The notes beneath the pieces were generated by a model, which saw only the letters and a list, made by a program, of their open reading frames with translations, was not told where the DNA came from and did not search any database. The position numbers and the translations under genes are program-made. From contig JBGFRS010000049.1 in the NCBI GenBank assembly GCA_041694995.1, positions 38,001 through 102,000 on the forward strand: a stretch of DNA of 64,000 bases, given 5' to 3'. This document shows positions 11,637 to 21,382 of the stretch, piece by piece. Position 1 is the stretch's first letter. The number at the start of each line of letters is the position of its first letter. This DNA is from Pseudomonadota bacterium. GTDB lineage: Bacteria > Pseudomonadota > Alphaproteobacteria > Rhizobiales > UBA4765.

Positions 11637-12518
11637 ATGCCCGTGATGCTCGACCCGGACCAGCTCCGCACCCTGGTCGCGATCGCCGAGACCGGCAGCT
11701 TCACCCGTGCCGCCGACGAGGTGCACAAGACGCAATCGGCGGTGTCGATGCAGATGAAGCGGCTCGAAGAAACCCTCGGCCGCACGCTCTTCGAAAAGGA
11801 TGGTCGGCTGTCACGGTTGACGCCCGACGGTCTGCGCCTCGTCGAGTATGGCCGCCGGCTCCTGCGGCTCAACGAGGAGGCGGTCGCTTCCTTCCGCGCG
11901 CCGGGCCTGTCGGGGCACGTGCGGCTCGGCACGCCGGACGACTACATCGCCAACCTGCCGGAAATCCTCGCGCGCTTCGCACGCCAACATTCGAGCGTCG
12001 AAGTGACCATCATGTGCGAGCCGACGCAGGAACTGCTGAAGCGCATCGACGCAAACGACATCGATCTCTCCATCATCACCTACGTGCAGCATGCGCCCCG
12101 CGCGCGCGTGTTCCGGCGCGAGCGCTTGCTGTGGGTCACCTCCGATCGGCATTGCGCGCATGAAGAGCCGGTCGTGCCGCTCGCCCTCGGCCGCCCGCAA
12201 TGCAATTGGCGCGGGGCGGCGATCCTCGCCCTCGACACGGTCGGGCGGCGGCATCGCATCGTCTTCACCTCGTGGAACGCCTCGGTGGTCGGCCAGGCGG
12301 TGGTCGAGGGGCTCGCCGTGTCCGTGCTCCCCGAATCAGCGTTGCGCCCCGGCATGCGGGTGCTGCGCGCCGAGGACGGCTTCCCGGAACTGCCCTATGC
12401 CGAAGTCGCCCTGCTCAAGCCCGGCGGCGCGACGAACCCCGCCGTCGACGCGCTCGAACGCCACATCATCTGCGCGCTCGACAATATCAGCACGAACCTC
12501 GCCGCCGCGGCCGAGTGA
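11637..12518 (+). CDS. LysR family transcriptional regulator
   Basis: N-terminal HTH LRTLVAIAETGSFTRAADEVHKTQSAVSMQMKRLEE. Length 293 aa. Confidence 0.9.
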   Translation: MPVMLDPDQLRTLVAIAETGSFTRAADEVHKTQSAVSMQMKRLEETLGRTLFEKDGRLSRLTPDGLRLVEYGRRLLRLNEEAVASFRAPGLSGHVRLGTPDDYIANLPEILARFARQHSSVEVTIMCEPTQELLKRIDANDIDLSIITYVQHAPRARVFRRERLLWVTSDRHCAHEEPVVPLALGRPQCNWRGAAILALDTVGRRHRIVFTSWNASVVGQAVVEGLAVSVLPESALRPGMRVLRAEDGFPELPYAEVALLKPGGATNPAVDALERHIICALDNISTNLAAAAE

Positions 12519-12528
12519 GGATGCCGCC

Positions 12529-12894
12529 ATGACCTCCGCGCGTCATCACCGCTGGGCCGACATGCCTGCCGAAGCGCTCAAGGGCGGCATGCGGCGGCGC
12601 TTCGTCGTGGGCCAGTCCCTGATGCTCGCCGAAGTACGCTTCGCGAAAGGCGACGTCGTCGCGCGACATTCGCATCACAACGAGCAGATCACGCAGGTGA
12701 TCTCGGGCGCCATGCACTTCTTCTTCGGCGCGCAGGATGAAGATGAAGCCGTCGTCCGTGCCGGCGAACTCGTCACGATCCCGGCGCATCTGCCGCATCG
12801 CGCGGTGATCCTCGAGGACACCGTCTCCTTCGACGTGTTCACGCCGCCGCGCGAAGATTGGATCAAGGGCGAAGACGCCTATCTGCGCGCCTGA
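12529..12894 (+). CDS. cupin domain protein
   Basis: ATG 12529 inside track ORF 12091-12894. Cupin motifs GDVVARHSHHNEQ and GELVTIPAHLPHRA. Confidence 0.75.
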   Translation: MTSARHHRWADMPAEALKGGMRRRFVVGQSLMLAEVRFAKGDVVARHSHHNEQITQVISGAMHFFFGAQDEDEAVVRAGELVTIPAHLPHRAVILEDTVSFDVFTPPREDWIKGEDAYLRA

Positions 12895-12897
12895 GAT

Positions 12898-14109
12898 CTA
12901 CGCCGGCTTAAGCTTGCGCTTGCCGCTCGCGGCGATCAGCCAAACGGCGATCGCCACGTTGAGCAAATTCCACATCAGCCCGTTGAAGAAGGCGTAGGCG
13001 TAGCTCCCCGTCAGGTCGAAGATGACACCGGACAGCCAGCCGCCGAGCGCCATGCCGATGATGGTGGCGCTCAACACGATGCCGACGCGGGTCGCAGCTT
13101 CCGACGGCGCGAAGTATTCCCGCACGATGATCGCATAGCTCGGCACGATGCCGCCCTGGAACAGGCCGAACAGGATGGAGATGACGTAGAGCGAGGTGAG
13201 CCCGTCGAAGAGCAGATAGAGGAACAGCGCGACGCCTTGCAGCGTGGACCCCAGAAGAAGCGTCATCAATCCGCCGATGCGGTCAGCGATGAAGCCGGTG
13301 GCGACCCGGCTGATGATGCCGAAGGCCAGCATCAAAGAGAGCATCTCCGCGCCGCGCGCGACGCCGTAACCGAGATCGCCGCAATAGGCCACGATGTGCA
13401 CCTGCGGCATCGCCATGGCGACGCAGCAGGCCACGCCCGCGACGCACAACAGGCCCATGAGCACGTTTGCCGGAACCGGAAGCGCCTTCGGTGCCACGGC
13501 CGGCGCGGCGCCCCCGGCGACGCCGCGACTGGGTGTGCGGCGACGCATGGCGAAGGACAGCGGCAGCATCAGCGCGACGCAGGCGAGCCCAATGCCGACA
13601 TAAGTCCATCGCCAGCCGACCGTCGCCGTGAAGTGCTGCACGATCGGCGGCCAGAGCGCGCCGGCGAGATAATTGCCGGACGCCGCGATGGCCACAGCCT
13701 TGCCGCGATGGCGCTGAAACCAGTGCGACACGTCGGCCATCAGCGGGCCGAACATTGCAGACGAGCCGAGAAACCCGATGAGCAACCCGTGCGCCAGGGC
13801 GACCTGCCACAGGGAGGTCGCGAACCCCGCCGCGAGATAGCCGAGGCCGAGCGCGGCAGCGCTGACCAGAATCGGCACCAACACGCCGAAACGATCCGAG
13901 ATGCGCCCCATGAGGATGCCGCCGACCGCAAATCCGATCATAAGCAAGGTGTAGGGAAGCGATGCTTCGGCACGCGTTGCACCGAACTCCGCCTGCACCG
14001 CCGGCAGCACCACGACGACCGACCACATGCCGACACCGCCCACGGTGCCGAGCGCCGTCGCGGCGGCGAGGCGAATCCATGAGGCGCGCGAGTCGATGTC
14101 GGTCGTCAC
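12898..14109 (-). CDS. MFS transporter
   Basis: 403-aa multi-TM ORF containing LPYTLLMIGFAVGGILMGRISDRFG, MFS motif-A like. Confidence 0.82.
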   Translation of the reverse strand: MTTDIDSRASWIRLAAATALGTVGGVGMWSVVVVLPAVQAEFGATRAEASLPYTLLMIGFAVGGILMGRISDRFGVLVPILVSAAALGLGYLAAGFATSLWQVALAHGLLIGFLGSSAMFGPLMADVSHWFQRHRGKAVAIAASGNYLAGALWPPIVQHFTATVGWRWTYVGIGLACVALMLPLSFAMRRRTPSRGVAGGAAPAVAPKALPVPANVLMGLLCVAGVACCVAMAMPQVHIVAYCGDLGYGVARGAEMLSLMLAFGIISRVATGFIADRIGGLMTLLLGSTLQGVALFLYLLFDGLTSLYVISILFGLFQGGIVPSYAIIVREYFAPSEAATRVGIVLSATIIGMALGGWLSGVIFDLTGSYAYAFFNGLMWNLLNVAIAVWLIAASGKRKLKPA

Positions 14110-14168
14110 GCGCGAACGCTAGCAGGATCCCAACGCTCGCCTAGGGGCGCGGACGCACGGGTGCTCTG

Positions 14169-15032
14169 TCACAATGCCTCGACGGGAACGCGGCGGCCGA
14201 AAGCGAAGGCATCCTGCGCAGCGATGAGGGCGAGTTCGCGCGTTCCCGCCTGCGCGGTCGCAGCGAAGACGGTCTCGATCGCCGCGGCGGTGCAGGCCAA
14301 GGCGTCGGGCGCTGCAAGGCCCTTGACGGCCGCGCCGCAGAAGAGCGCGGCGGTGCAATCGCCTCCCCCGTTCGGAGCGGGGTTGAGCGCGAGCTTCTTG
14401 GTCGTCGCCACGTGCCGGCCATGCGTCGTGTCGGACACGAGCATCTGGATCGTGCCCGCCGGAGTGAGGGCATGCTCGATGCTGGTCACCAGGACTGTTC
14501 GCACGCCCCGACGGTGCAGACGATCGCACGCCTCTGCCGCAGCGGTTGGGCCATCGATGCGTGCACCGGTCAGGTATTCGAGTTCGAACTGGTTGGGGGT
14601 GAGAATGCTCGCATGCCGGATCGCGTCGTCGCGAAAGAACTCGGGGATGCCCGGGCGCACGAAGAAGCCGCGCCCGACGTCGCCCATGACGGGGTCGCAG
14701 CAATAGAGCACGCTCGGATCGCGCTGCCGCAGCGTCTTGACCGTATCAAGCAGGATGCGCCCGAGGGCCGCCTCGCCGAGATAGCCGGAGAGAACGGCCT
14801 TGGTCGCGGTAAAGCCGCCGATCGCATCGATGCCGGACAACACGTCAGCGATGTGTTCCGGCGAGAAGATCTGGCCTTTCCAGGCGCCGTAGCCCGTGTG
14901 GTTCGAAAACTGCACCGTGTTGACGGCGATGACGTCGAAGCCCATGCGCTGCAAGGGGAACACCGCGGCGCGATTGCCGACGTAACCAACGGCGACATGG
15001 CTCTGCACCGACAAGATCGAAGGCAGCGTCAT
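14169..15032 (-). CDS. pdxY: pyridoxal kinase
   Basis: Internal ATG 15032 of track ORF 14169-15326. Contains ILSVQSHVAVGYVGNRAAVFPLQRMGFDV, CDPVMGD and GGGDCTAALF. Confidence 0.85.
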   Translation of the reverse strand: MTLPSILSVQSHVAVGYVGNRAAVFPLQRMGFDVIAVNTVQFSNHTGYGAWKGQIFSPEHIADVLSGIDAIGGFTATKAVLSGYLGEAALGRILLDTVKTLRQRDPSVLYCCDPVMGDVGRGFFVRPGIPEFFRDDAIRHASILTPNQFELEYLTGARIDGPTAAAEACDRLHRRGVRTVLVTSIEHALTPAGTIQMLVSDTTHGRHVATTKKLALNPAPNGGGDCTAALFCGAAVKGLAAPDALACTAAAIETVFAATAQAGTRELALIAAQDAFAFGRRVPVEAL

Positions 15033-15130
15033 CAACGGTCTCCAGGCACGGGCGCCGTCCGCGGTCCGCCGAGCAAGATGAGGTTCCCGCCGAGCACGAG
15101 GCCCAGAACAACGACGAGGAACGTGCGCAT
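15032..15130 (-). CDS. candidate 32-aa hydrophobic small protein
   Basis: Below the track cutoff. Reads MRTFLVVVLGLVLGGNLILLGGPRTAPVPGDR. GAGGGGG lies 9 nt upstream. Its stop overlaps the pdxY ATG (TGATG). Third positions are mostly G/C. Confidence 0.3.
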   Translation of the reverse strand: MRTFLVVVLGLVLGGNLILLGGPRTAPVPGDR

Positions 15131-15217
15131 CACACTCGGCCCCCTCTCGACCGGGCGCCGCGGATAGCTCAGAAGTATTTCGCCGACATGCTGCGGAGGT
15201 TTCACCGGCCGGATGCC

Positions 15218-16600
15218 TCAATACGCGTAGGCGGTGAAGACCGGATCGATCCGATGGCGCCATGGACCATGGTATTGCTCGAGCATCTCTTCGGCGAGCG
15301 TCTTGCCGCTGTCCACGACGCGCCACAGCGGATTAAGATAGACGGCCTCCGTGCCGGCCACACCCTCGCACGAGGTGTCGCGCTTCGCCCGTCGCTCCAG
15401 GCCCTGCTGCGACAACGTCAGCACGTCACGGGCCAACGCGCGAACGCTGGTCGTGCGAAAGGGCGTGTGCAGCGCCGCCTTCGGAACCGCATCGCGCAGC
15501 GCTTGCCGCTCGTCCGCCGTCCAGTCCTTGACCAGATCCCAAGCCGCATCGAGCGCCGCCGGATCGTAGAGAATCCCAACCCAGAACGCCGATAGCGCAC
15601 ACAGGCGCGACCATGGGCCGCCATCGGCCCCGCGCTGTTCGAGATAGCGCTTCAGGCGCACTTCCGGGAACAGCGTCGAGAGATGGTTCGTCCAATCCGA
15701 CAGGGTCGCGCGTTCGCCGGGCAATGCGGCGAGCTTGCCAGCCATCAAATCGCGGAAGGAGGCGCCCGCGACGTCGTGATAGGTGTCGCCGCGCTTGACG
15801 AAATACATCGGCACGTCAAGCGCCCAATCCGTGTAACGCTCGAAGCCCATGCCGTCCTCGAACACCCACGGAATCATGCCGGACCGGTCCGGATCCGTGT
15901 GGCGCCAGATTTCCGAACGATAGGAGAGATAGCCGTTCGGCCGGCCCTCGGTGAAAGGCGATGCGGCGAACAGCGCTGTTGCGATCGGCTGCAGCGCGAT
16001 CGAAACGCGGAACATCTTGACCATCTCGGCTTCCGACGAGAAGTCCGTGTTCACCTGCACCGTGCAGGTGCGGTACATCATGTCGAGGCCCATGGCCCCG
16101 ACTTTCGGCATGTAGCGCGTCATGATCGCGTAGCGACCTTTCGGCATGGCCGGGGTCTCGGCACGCGACCAGGCCGGCGACATGCCCATGCCCAGGAAGC
16201 CGATGCCGAGCGCGCGCCCGACCTCGTTCACCTGAGCCAGGTGCGCATGCACCTCGCGGCAGGTGTGGTGTATGGTTTCAACCGGTGCACCGGAAAGCTC
16301 GAACTGGCCGCCCGGTTCGAGCGAGATCGCCCCGCCGCCGACCGGATCGGCGAGCCCGATGATCCGGTTGCCCTCAAGGATCGGCTCCCATCCCAGGAGA
16401 TGGCGCATGCCGGTCATAAGCGCCTCGATGCCCTTCGGGCCCTCATAGGCGACCGGACGATGGTTCGCGAGGCGAAAGGGGAACTTCTCATGCTCGGTGC
16501 CGATCCGCCACTTCTCGCGCGGTTTTGGCCCTTTCTCGAACCAGGCGACGAGATGGTTGCGGGTTTCGAGCGGGGTCGTGTCGATGGAGTCGCGCGCCAT
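15218..16600 (-). CDS. gshA: glutamate--cysteine ligase (plant/alphaproteobacterial type)
   Basis: Track ORF 15218-16609. Contains LVAWFEKGPKPREKWRIGTEHEKF; length about 460 aa. Start is ATG 16600 or GTG 16609. Confidence 0.88.
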   Translation of the reverse strand: MARDSIDTTPLETRNHLVAWFEKGPKPREKWRIGTEHEKFPFRLANHRPVAYEGPKGIEALMTGMRHLLGWEPILEGNRIIGLADPVGGGAISLEPGGQFELSGAPVETIHHTCREVHAHLAQVNEVGRALGIGFLGMGMSPAWSRAETPAMPKGRYAIMTRYMPKVGAMGLDMMYRTCTVQVNTDFSSEAEMVKMFRVSIALQPIATALFAASPFTEGRPNGYLSYRSEIWRHTDPDRSGMIPWVFEDGMGFERYTDWALDVPMYFVKRGDTYHDVAGASFRDLMAGKLAALPGERATLSDWTNHLSTLFPEVRLKRYLEQRGADGGPWSRLCALSAFWVGILYDPAALDAAWDLVKDWTADERQALRDAVPKAALHTPFRTTSVRALARDVLTLSQQGLERRAKRDTSCEGVAGTEAVYLNPLWRVVDSGKTLAEEMLEQYHGPWRHRIDPVFTAYAY

Positions 16601-16706
16601 GAACCGCACCTATTGAAGGGCAAAGGGCCGGCACAATAGCCAAGCAGCGATGACGGAACAAACGCGCGCGCGAGATGGGTATCGGCACATCGCCGTGATG
16701 GAACGC

Positions 16707-17459
16707 TCAGGCGGAAAAGCCGCGCCAGTCGCCGCAGCTCGCCTGCACGAGGGCGAGCGCCGCCACGGCCGCCGTGTCGGCGCGCAGGATGCGCGGACCA
16801 AGCGTCAGCACGGTGGTGAACGGCGCAGCCGCCAGTTGCCGGCGCTCGGCCGCGTCAAAGCCGCCTTCAGGGCCGACCAGAACGGCCAGCGGGCCACGCG
16901 GGACGGTTGCCAGGGTCGCGAGCGGATCAGCCAAGACCGCGCCTTCATCGCAGAAGATCAAGCGTCGCGATGGCTGCCACGCATGGAGAACGGCACCGAG
17001 CTTCATCGGCTCGGCAATGTCCGGCACCGACAGCACGCCGCATTGCTCGGCCGCCTCGATCGCGTTCGCGCGCATGCGGTCGAGATTGAGGCGATGAACC
17101 TGCGTATGGTGAGTCGTCACGGGCATGAGGCGGCTAACGCCCATCTCGGTCGCCTTCTGCACCATGTAGTCGAGCCGCGCGTGCTTCAGCGGAGCAAACA
17201 GATACCAGAGGTCGCCTGCGGCCGGTTGCGGGCGCATCTGCGCCTCCACCGTAACCTCCGCGTCGCGCTTGCCCCGGTCGTGGTACCGCGCGCGCCATTC
17301 GCCGGAGCGTCCGTCGAAGACGCGCAATGCCCCGCCATCGGAAAAGCGCAGGACGTTCTTGAGGTAGTTGCGCTGATCCGGGCGCAGCGGCACGATCGTG
17401 CCTTCGGTGAGGGGGCCGTCGACGAAGAGGCGGGTCGACGTGAAGTCGGCATCGGACAT
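16707..17459 (-). CDS. rsmE: 16S rRNA (uracil1498-N3)-methyltransferase
   Basis: Internal ATG 17459 of track ORF 16707-17612. Contains TRLFVDGPL and the SPOUT motif VLVGPEGGFDAAE. Confidence 0.85.
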   Translation of the reverse strand: MSDADFTSTRLFVDGPLTEGTIVPLRPDQRNYLKNVLRFSDGGALRVFDGRSGEWRARYHDRGKRDAEVTVEAQMRPQPAAGDLWYLFAPLKHARLDYMVQKATEMGVSRLMPVTTHHTQVHRLNLDRMRANAIEAAEQCGVLSVPDIAEPMKLGAVLHAWQPSRRLIFCDEGAVLADPLATLATVPRGPLAVLVGPEGGFDAAERRQLAAAPFTTVLTLGPRILRADTAAVAALALVQASCGDWRGFSA

Positions 17460-17531
17460 GCGGCGGCAGTATCGTCCAACGGCGATCGCCGGCATAGAGC
17501 GGAGGCTGCGGCGCGCCGCCACGGAGACGGC

Positions 17532-17900
17532 ATGGTCGATGTGGTTCTTCTCGATTCGATTTCGGCCGTCGGCCCGGCACACGCAGGGTGCATCGTCGTG
17601 ACCGGGTCGCACGGCGGCGCGGCGGCCGTCGGCTTCGTTCTACCCCATGCGATCGCCGGCCTCGTGTTCAACGATGCCGGGGGCGGCAAGGACCGCGCCG
17701 GTCTGTCCGCGCTCGACCTCCTCGCGGCACGCGGCATTCCGGCCGTCGCGGTGGCGCATACGAGCGCGCGCATCGGCGAAGCCGAAGAGACCTTGCGTTC
17801 CGGCATCGTTTCGGCCGTCAATGGCATCGCCGCGGCCCGCGGCGTGGCCCTCGGGATGACGGCGCGCGCGGCGGTCGACCGTCTTCAGGAGGTGGGATGA
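17532..17900 (+). CDS. conserved-looking hypothetical protein (122 aa)
   Basis: Only the 3' part of shadow ORF 16650-17900. GGAGA lies 4 nt before ATG 17532. High GC3. Motifs VVTGSHGG and NDAGGGKDRAG. Its stop overlaps the ubiA ATG (ATGA). Confidence 0.55.
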   Translation: MVDVVLLDSISAVGPAHAGCIVVTGSHGGAAAVGFVLPHAIAGLVFNDAGGGKDRAGLSALDLLAARGIPAVAVAHTSARIGEAEETLRSGIVSAVNGIAAARGVALGMTARAAVDRLQEVG

Positions 17901-18844
17901 GCAGCGGAAGCGACGGCCGCGTATCCGACGCGCCGCGCGGCAACTGGGTCGACGCCTACGCGCCCCCGGCCACGCGGCCATATCTGCGCATGATGCGGGC
18001 GGACCGGCCGATCGGCACGTGGCTCCTGCTCATCCCCTGCTGGTGGGGCGCGGCGCTCGCCGCCGGGGCCGCTGGCATGGCGATGCCGAATCTGTGGCAT
18101 CTCGCGCTGTTCGCGCTCGGCGCCTTCGTGATGCGCGGCGCCGGCTGCGTGTGGAACGACGTGACGGATCGCGACATCGACGCGCAGGTGGCGCGCACGC
18201 GCTCGCGACCGATCCCATCCGGGCAAGTGAGCGTGCCGCAAGCGCTCGCCTTCATGGTCGCGCTCGCGCTCATCGGACTTGCGGTGCTGGTGCAGTTCAA
18301 CACCGCGACGATCCTCATCGGCATCGCCTCGCTCGCGGTCGTCGGCGCCTACCCTTTCATGAAGCGCGTGACGCATTTCCCGCAGGTCGTGCTCGGGCTC
18401 GCCTTCAATTGGGGCTGCCTCGTCGGCTGGACGGCGGTCCACGGCGAGCTATCGCTTGCGCCGATCCTTCTCTATCTCGCAGGCGTCGCCTGGACACTCG
18501 GCTACGACACGATCTACGCCTTGCAGGACCTCGAGGACGACGCGCTCGTCGGCGTGAAGTCGACCGCGCGTTTCTTCGGGCAGCATGTGCGCACCGCGAT
18601 CGTTGTCTTCTACGCAGCGTCGATCCTGCTTCTCGGTGCCGCCCTGATCGCGGCAGGTTCCGCCATTCCGGCCTTCCTCGGACTCCTCGTCTTTGCGCTG
18701 ATGACCGGGCGCATCGTTGCCCGGCTCGACGAGCGCAATCCCGCCTCGGCCTTGATCGCCTTCCGGAAGAACCGCGACTCCGGGCTTGCCCTCTTCGCCG
18801 GCCTTGCCGCGGACTGCCTGGTGCGTTCCGGCGCGCTCGGATGA
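17897..18844 (+). CDS. ubiA: 4-hydroxybenzoate polyprenyltransferase
   Basis: ATG 17897 inside track ORF 17588-18844. Contains RMMRADRPIGTWLLLIPCWWG and the Asp-rich motif NDVTDRDIDAQVARTRSRPIPSG. Confidence 0.9.
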   Translation: MSSGSDGRVSDAPRGNWVDAYAPPATRPYLRMMRADRPIGTWLLLIPCWWGAALAAGAAGMAMPNLWHLALFALGAFVMRGAGCVWNDVTDRDIDAQVARTRSRPIPSGQVSVPQALAFMVALALIGLAVLVQFNTATILIGIASLAVVGAYPFMKRVTHFPQVVLGLAFNWGCLVGWTAVHGELSLAPILLYLAGVAWTLGYDTIYALQDLEDDALVGVKSTARFFGQHVRTAIVVFYAASILLLGAALIAAGSAIPAFLGLLVFALMTGRIVARLDERNPASALIAFRKNRDSGLALFAGLAADCLVRSGALG

Positions 18845-18848
18845 GCGC

Positions 18849-19427
18849 TCAAGGCCCGGCATCACCTCGCACGGTTCGACCGGGACGCGCCGGGACCACG
18901 GGCCCCGTGCGCCGACGCAGCGCCTGCGGACGGCGCTTCAGGAAGGCGCGCGGAATGCGGCGCGGGGCCGACGCGCCGATGGCGAGGGCGCCGAACCGGA
19001 CCGCAACCGGAACGTCGCCGGTCTCGAGCCGGGTCATCATCGGCAAGCCGAGGTCGCGGCTCCAACGCCGCCATTCGGCGACGATGTCGGCATCATCGGG
19101 CGCCGCGAACACGGTGACTTCGAGCGCAGGGTCCGCATGCGCGAGTACGACGCGCACGCCGTTCAGATGCGCGCGCTCGTCGATGTCAACGTCGACGGTC
19201 ACGCCACGGTACCAGGCGAGCGGCACGTTGAGCGTGATCGCCTGACCGGAGGCGAGCCTGTGGCGCACGCGAACGTTGCGGGCGGCCTTGCACAAGCGTA
19301 CGCGGCCGTCCTCCAAGATGACCGGTGTTCGCTCGTCATTGGCGGGTGCGGCCGGGGAGGCCCCGAACCGCACACCAGCACCCGTCACGACGGGGCATCC
19401 CCCGCCGCTGTCTCGACGCCTCGACAT
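18849..19427 (-). CDS. hypothetical protein (DUF6101-like)
   Basis: 192-aa ORF with good GC3. Family name is from memory only. Start not verified. Confidence 0.45.
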   Translation of the reverse strand: MSRRRDSGGGCPVVTGAGVRFGASPAAPANDERTPVILEDGRVRLCKAARNVRVRHRLASGQAITLNVPLAWYRGVTVDVDIDERAHLNGVRVVLAHADPALEVTVFAAPDDADIVAEWRRWSRDLGLPMMTRLETGDVPVAVRFGALAIGASAPRRIPRAFLKRRPQALRRRTGPVVPARPGRTVRGDAGP

Positions 19428-19616
19428 ATCGCTTCCCCGGCGAGGCGTTTTGATTGGTTTGGTGCCCCGCGTCCGAGGCCAAGATATACGCGATATGGCG
19501 CGTTCAGCTTAAGTCGTGCGGTTAACCGACGGTGAGCACGCGCGAATGCCGTGGCGTGGTGAACGAGCGCTTGCCGGTATCGGTGGCATTTGGCAGAAGC
19601 CGCCAGGGAGAACGTG

Positions 19617-20018
19617 ATGCTTGCGACCGTCGCCCTGAAGACCGCTGCCACCTATGTCGCGCTGCATGCGATCCTGCTGATCGTTCTCGCCGGTCTCGTC
19701 GTCCGTGAGCGCCGTCGTGCCAAGGTCGGCATCGGCGATGGCGGCGACCCGCGATTGAAGCGCGCCATCCGCGTTCACGGCAACGCCGTCGAGCAAGCCG
19801 TGCCGACCATGGCGTTGCTGATCGTGTTGCCGCTTCTTGCGGCCCCTCTCTGGGCCATCCATCTGTTTGGGGCTGCAACACTGCTCGGGCGCGTTCTCCA
19901 CGCGGCGGGCCTTGGCAAGTCCGAGGGCGTCACGCTGGGGCGTCAGCTCGGCATGATTCTGTGCTGGCTCGCGATCATCGCTGCGAGCTGCGGCATCTTC
20001 GTTCTCGCCTTGCGGTAG
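19617..20018 (+). CDS. MAPEG family membrane protein
   Basis: GGGAG lies 6 nt before ATG 19617. Contains RRAKVGIGDGGDPRLKRAIRVHGNAVEQ. Confidence 0.72.
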   Translation: MLATVALKTAATYVALHAILLIVLAGLVVRERRRAKVGIGDGGDPRLKRAIRVHGNAVEQAVPTMALLIVLPLLAAPLWAIHLFGAATLLGRVLHAAGLGKSEGVTLGRQLGMILCWLAIIAASCGIFVLALR

Positions 20019-20020
20019 AG

Positions 20021-21382
20021 ATGGTCTCGATGGACGACACGCCGGACATTGGTGTTCTCGAGAAGCGCGCGGCCGCGCTCGTGGAGGCGGCGCGGCGCGC
20101 GGGCGCGGACGCAGCCGACGCGGTGGTGGCGTCAGCCCGGTCGCTGTCGATCCAGGTTCGCGACGGTAAGCTCGAGGAAAACCAGCGCGCCGAAGGCGAC
20201 ACGCTCGGCTTGCGCGTCTTCGTCGGCCGCCGGCAGGCCATCGTCTCAACCAGTGATCCGGAGTTGCGCAGCTTTCCGGCGCTTGCGGAGCGCGCCGTCG
20301 CCATGGCCAAGGTCGCTCCGGAAGATGCCTATGCCGGCCTCGCAGACCCGGCGGAGCTGATGCGGACCGCACGTGAGCTCGACCTGCACGACCCCTCGGT
20401 CCTCTCCGTGGAGGCGCTCGAAGGCAAAGCCCGCGCGGCCGAAGAGGCCGCATTCGCCGTCGCCGGCGTGACGAAGTCAGGCGGGGCCTCGGCCGGCCAA
20501 TCGCACGATGGCGTCGTTATCGTCACGAGCGACGGGTTCTCCGGCTCTTATGTGCGCTCCACCTTCTCACTGTCGACCACCGCCATCGCCGGAGAGAGCG
20601 GCGGCATGCAGCGCGACTATGATTACAGCCATCGCGTCCATTGCGAGGATCTCGACACACCCGAGCAGGTCGGGCGCACGGCCGGGGAGCGTGCCGTCGC
20701 CGCGCTCGGCCCCCGCAAGCTCGAGACGGCGCGTGCGCCGGTGATCTTCGATCGTCGCGTCGCGTCCACGCTGGTCGGACACCTGACGGCTGCCGTCAAC
20801 GGCGCGGCCATTGCGCGCAAGACGTCGTTTCTCAAGAACCGGCTCGGCCAGCAGGTTTTCGCACGGAGCATTCGGATCGACGACGACCCGCTGCGGCCGC
20901 GCGGCTTGCGCTCACGCCCCTTCGACGATGAAGGCGTACGGTCGCGCCCGCTCTGGCTCGTGACCGACGGCGTGCTCACGTCGTGGCTTCTCGATTCGAC
21001 GACGGGACGGGAACTCGGCTTGACGACGACCGGCCATGCGAGCCGCGGCGCGAGTTCGGCGCCCTCGCCCAGCGCGAGCAACGTCACGCTCGCCGCCGGG
21101 GCGCGAAGCCCCCGCGACATGATGCGTTCGCTCGGCCGCGGCCTGCTCGTGACCCAGCTCATCGGCCATGGCGCAAATCTCGTCACGGGCGACTACTCGC
21201 GCGGCTGCTTCGGCTTCTGGTTCGAGGACGGAGGGGTCGTCTACCCGGTCGCGGAAATCACCATTGCCGGCCATCTGAACGACATGTTCGCCGCTCTGGA
21301 ACCGGCAAACGATCTCGAGTTCAAGCATGCTGTCAACGCGCCAAGCGTCTATGTCGGGGAGATGACGGTCGGTGGGCGCTGA
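20021..21382 (+). CDS. pmbA: metalloprotease PmbA/TldE
   Basis: ATG 20021 in track ORF 19961-21382. Contains SLSIQVRDGKLEENQRAEGDTLGLRVFVG. Length about 450 aa. Confidence 0.88.
   Translation: MVSMDDTPDIGVLEKRAAALVEAARRAGADAADAVVASARSLSIQVRDGKLEENQRAEGDTLGLRVFVGRRQAIVSTSDPELRSFPALAERAVAMAKVAPEDAYAGLADPAELMRTARELDLHDPSVLSVEALEGKARAAEEAAFAVAGVTKSGGASAGQSHDGVVIVTSDGFSGSYVRSTFSLSTTAIAGESGGMQRDYDYSHRVHCEDLDTPEQVGRTAGERAVAALGPRKLETARAPVIFDRRVASTLVGHLTAAVNGAAIARKTSFLKNRLGQQVFARSIRIDDDPLRPRGLRSRPFDDEGVRSRPLWLVTDGVLTSWLLDSTTGRELGLTTTGHASRGASSAPSPSASNVTLAAGARSPRDMMRSLGRGLLVTQLIGHGANLVTGDYSRGCFGFWFEDGGVVYPVAEITIAGHLNDMFAALEPANDLEFKHAVNAPSVYVGEMTVGGR

Noticed and set aside
16650-17531. The 5' two-thirds of the 416-aa plus-strand ORF 16650-17900.
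   Set aside because: It is antisense to rsmE. Only the last 122 codons, from ATG 17532 with its own SD, look like a real gene.
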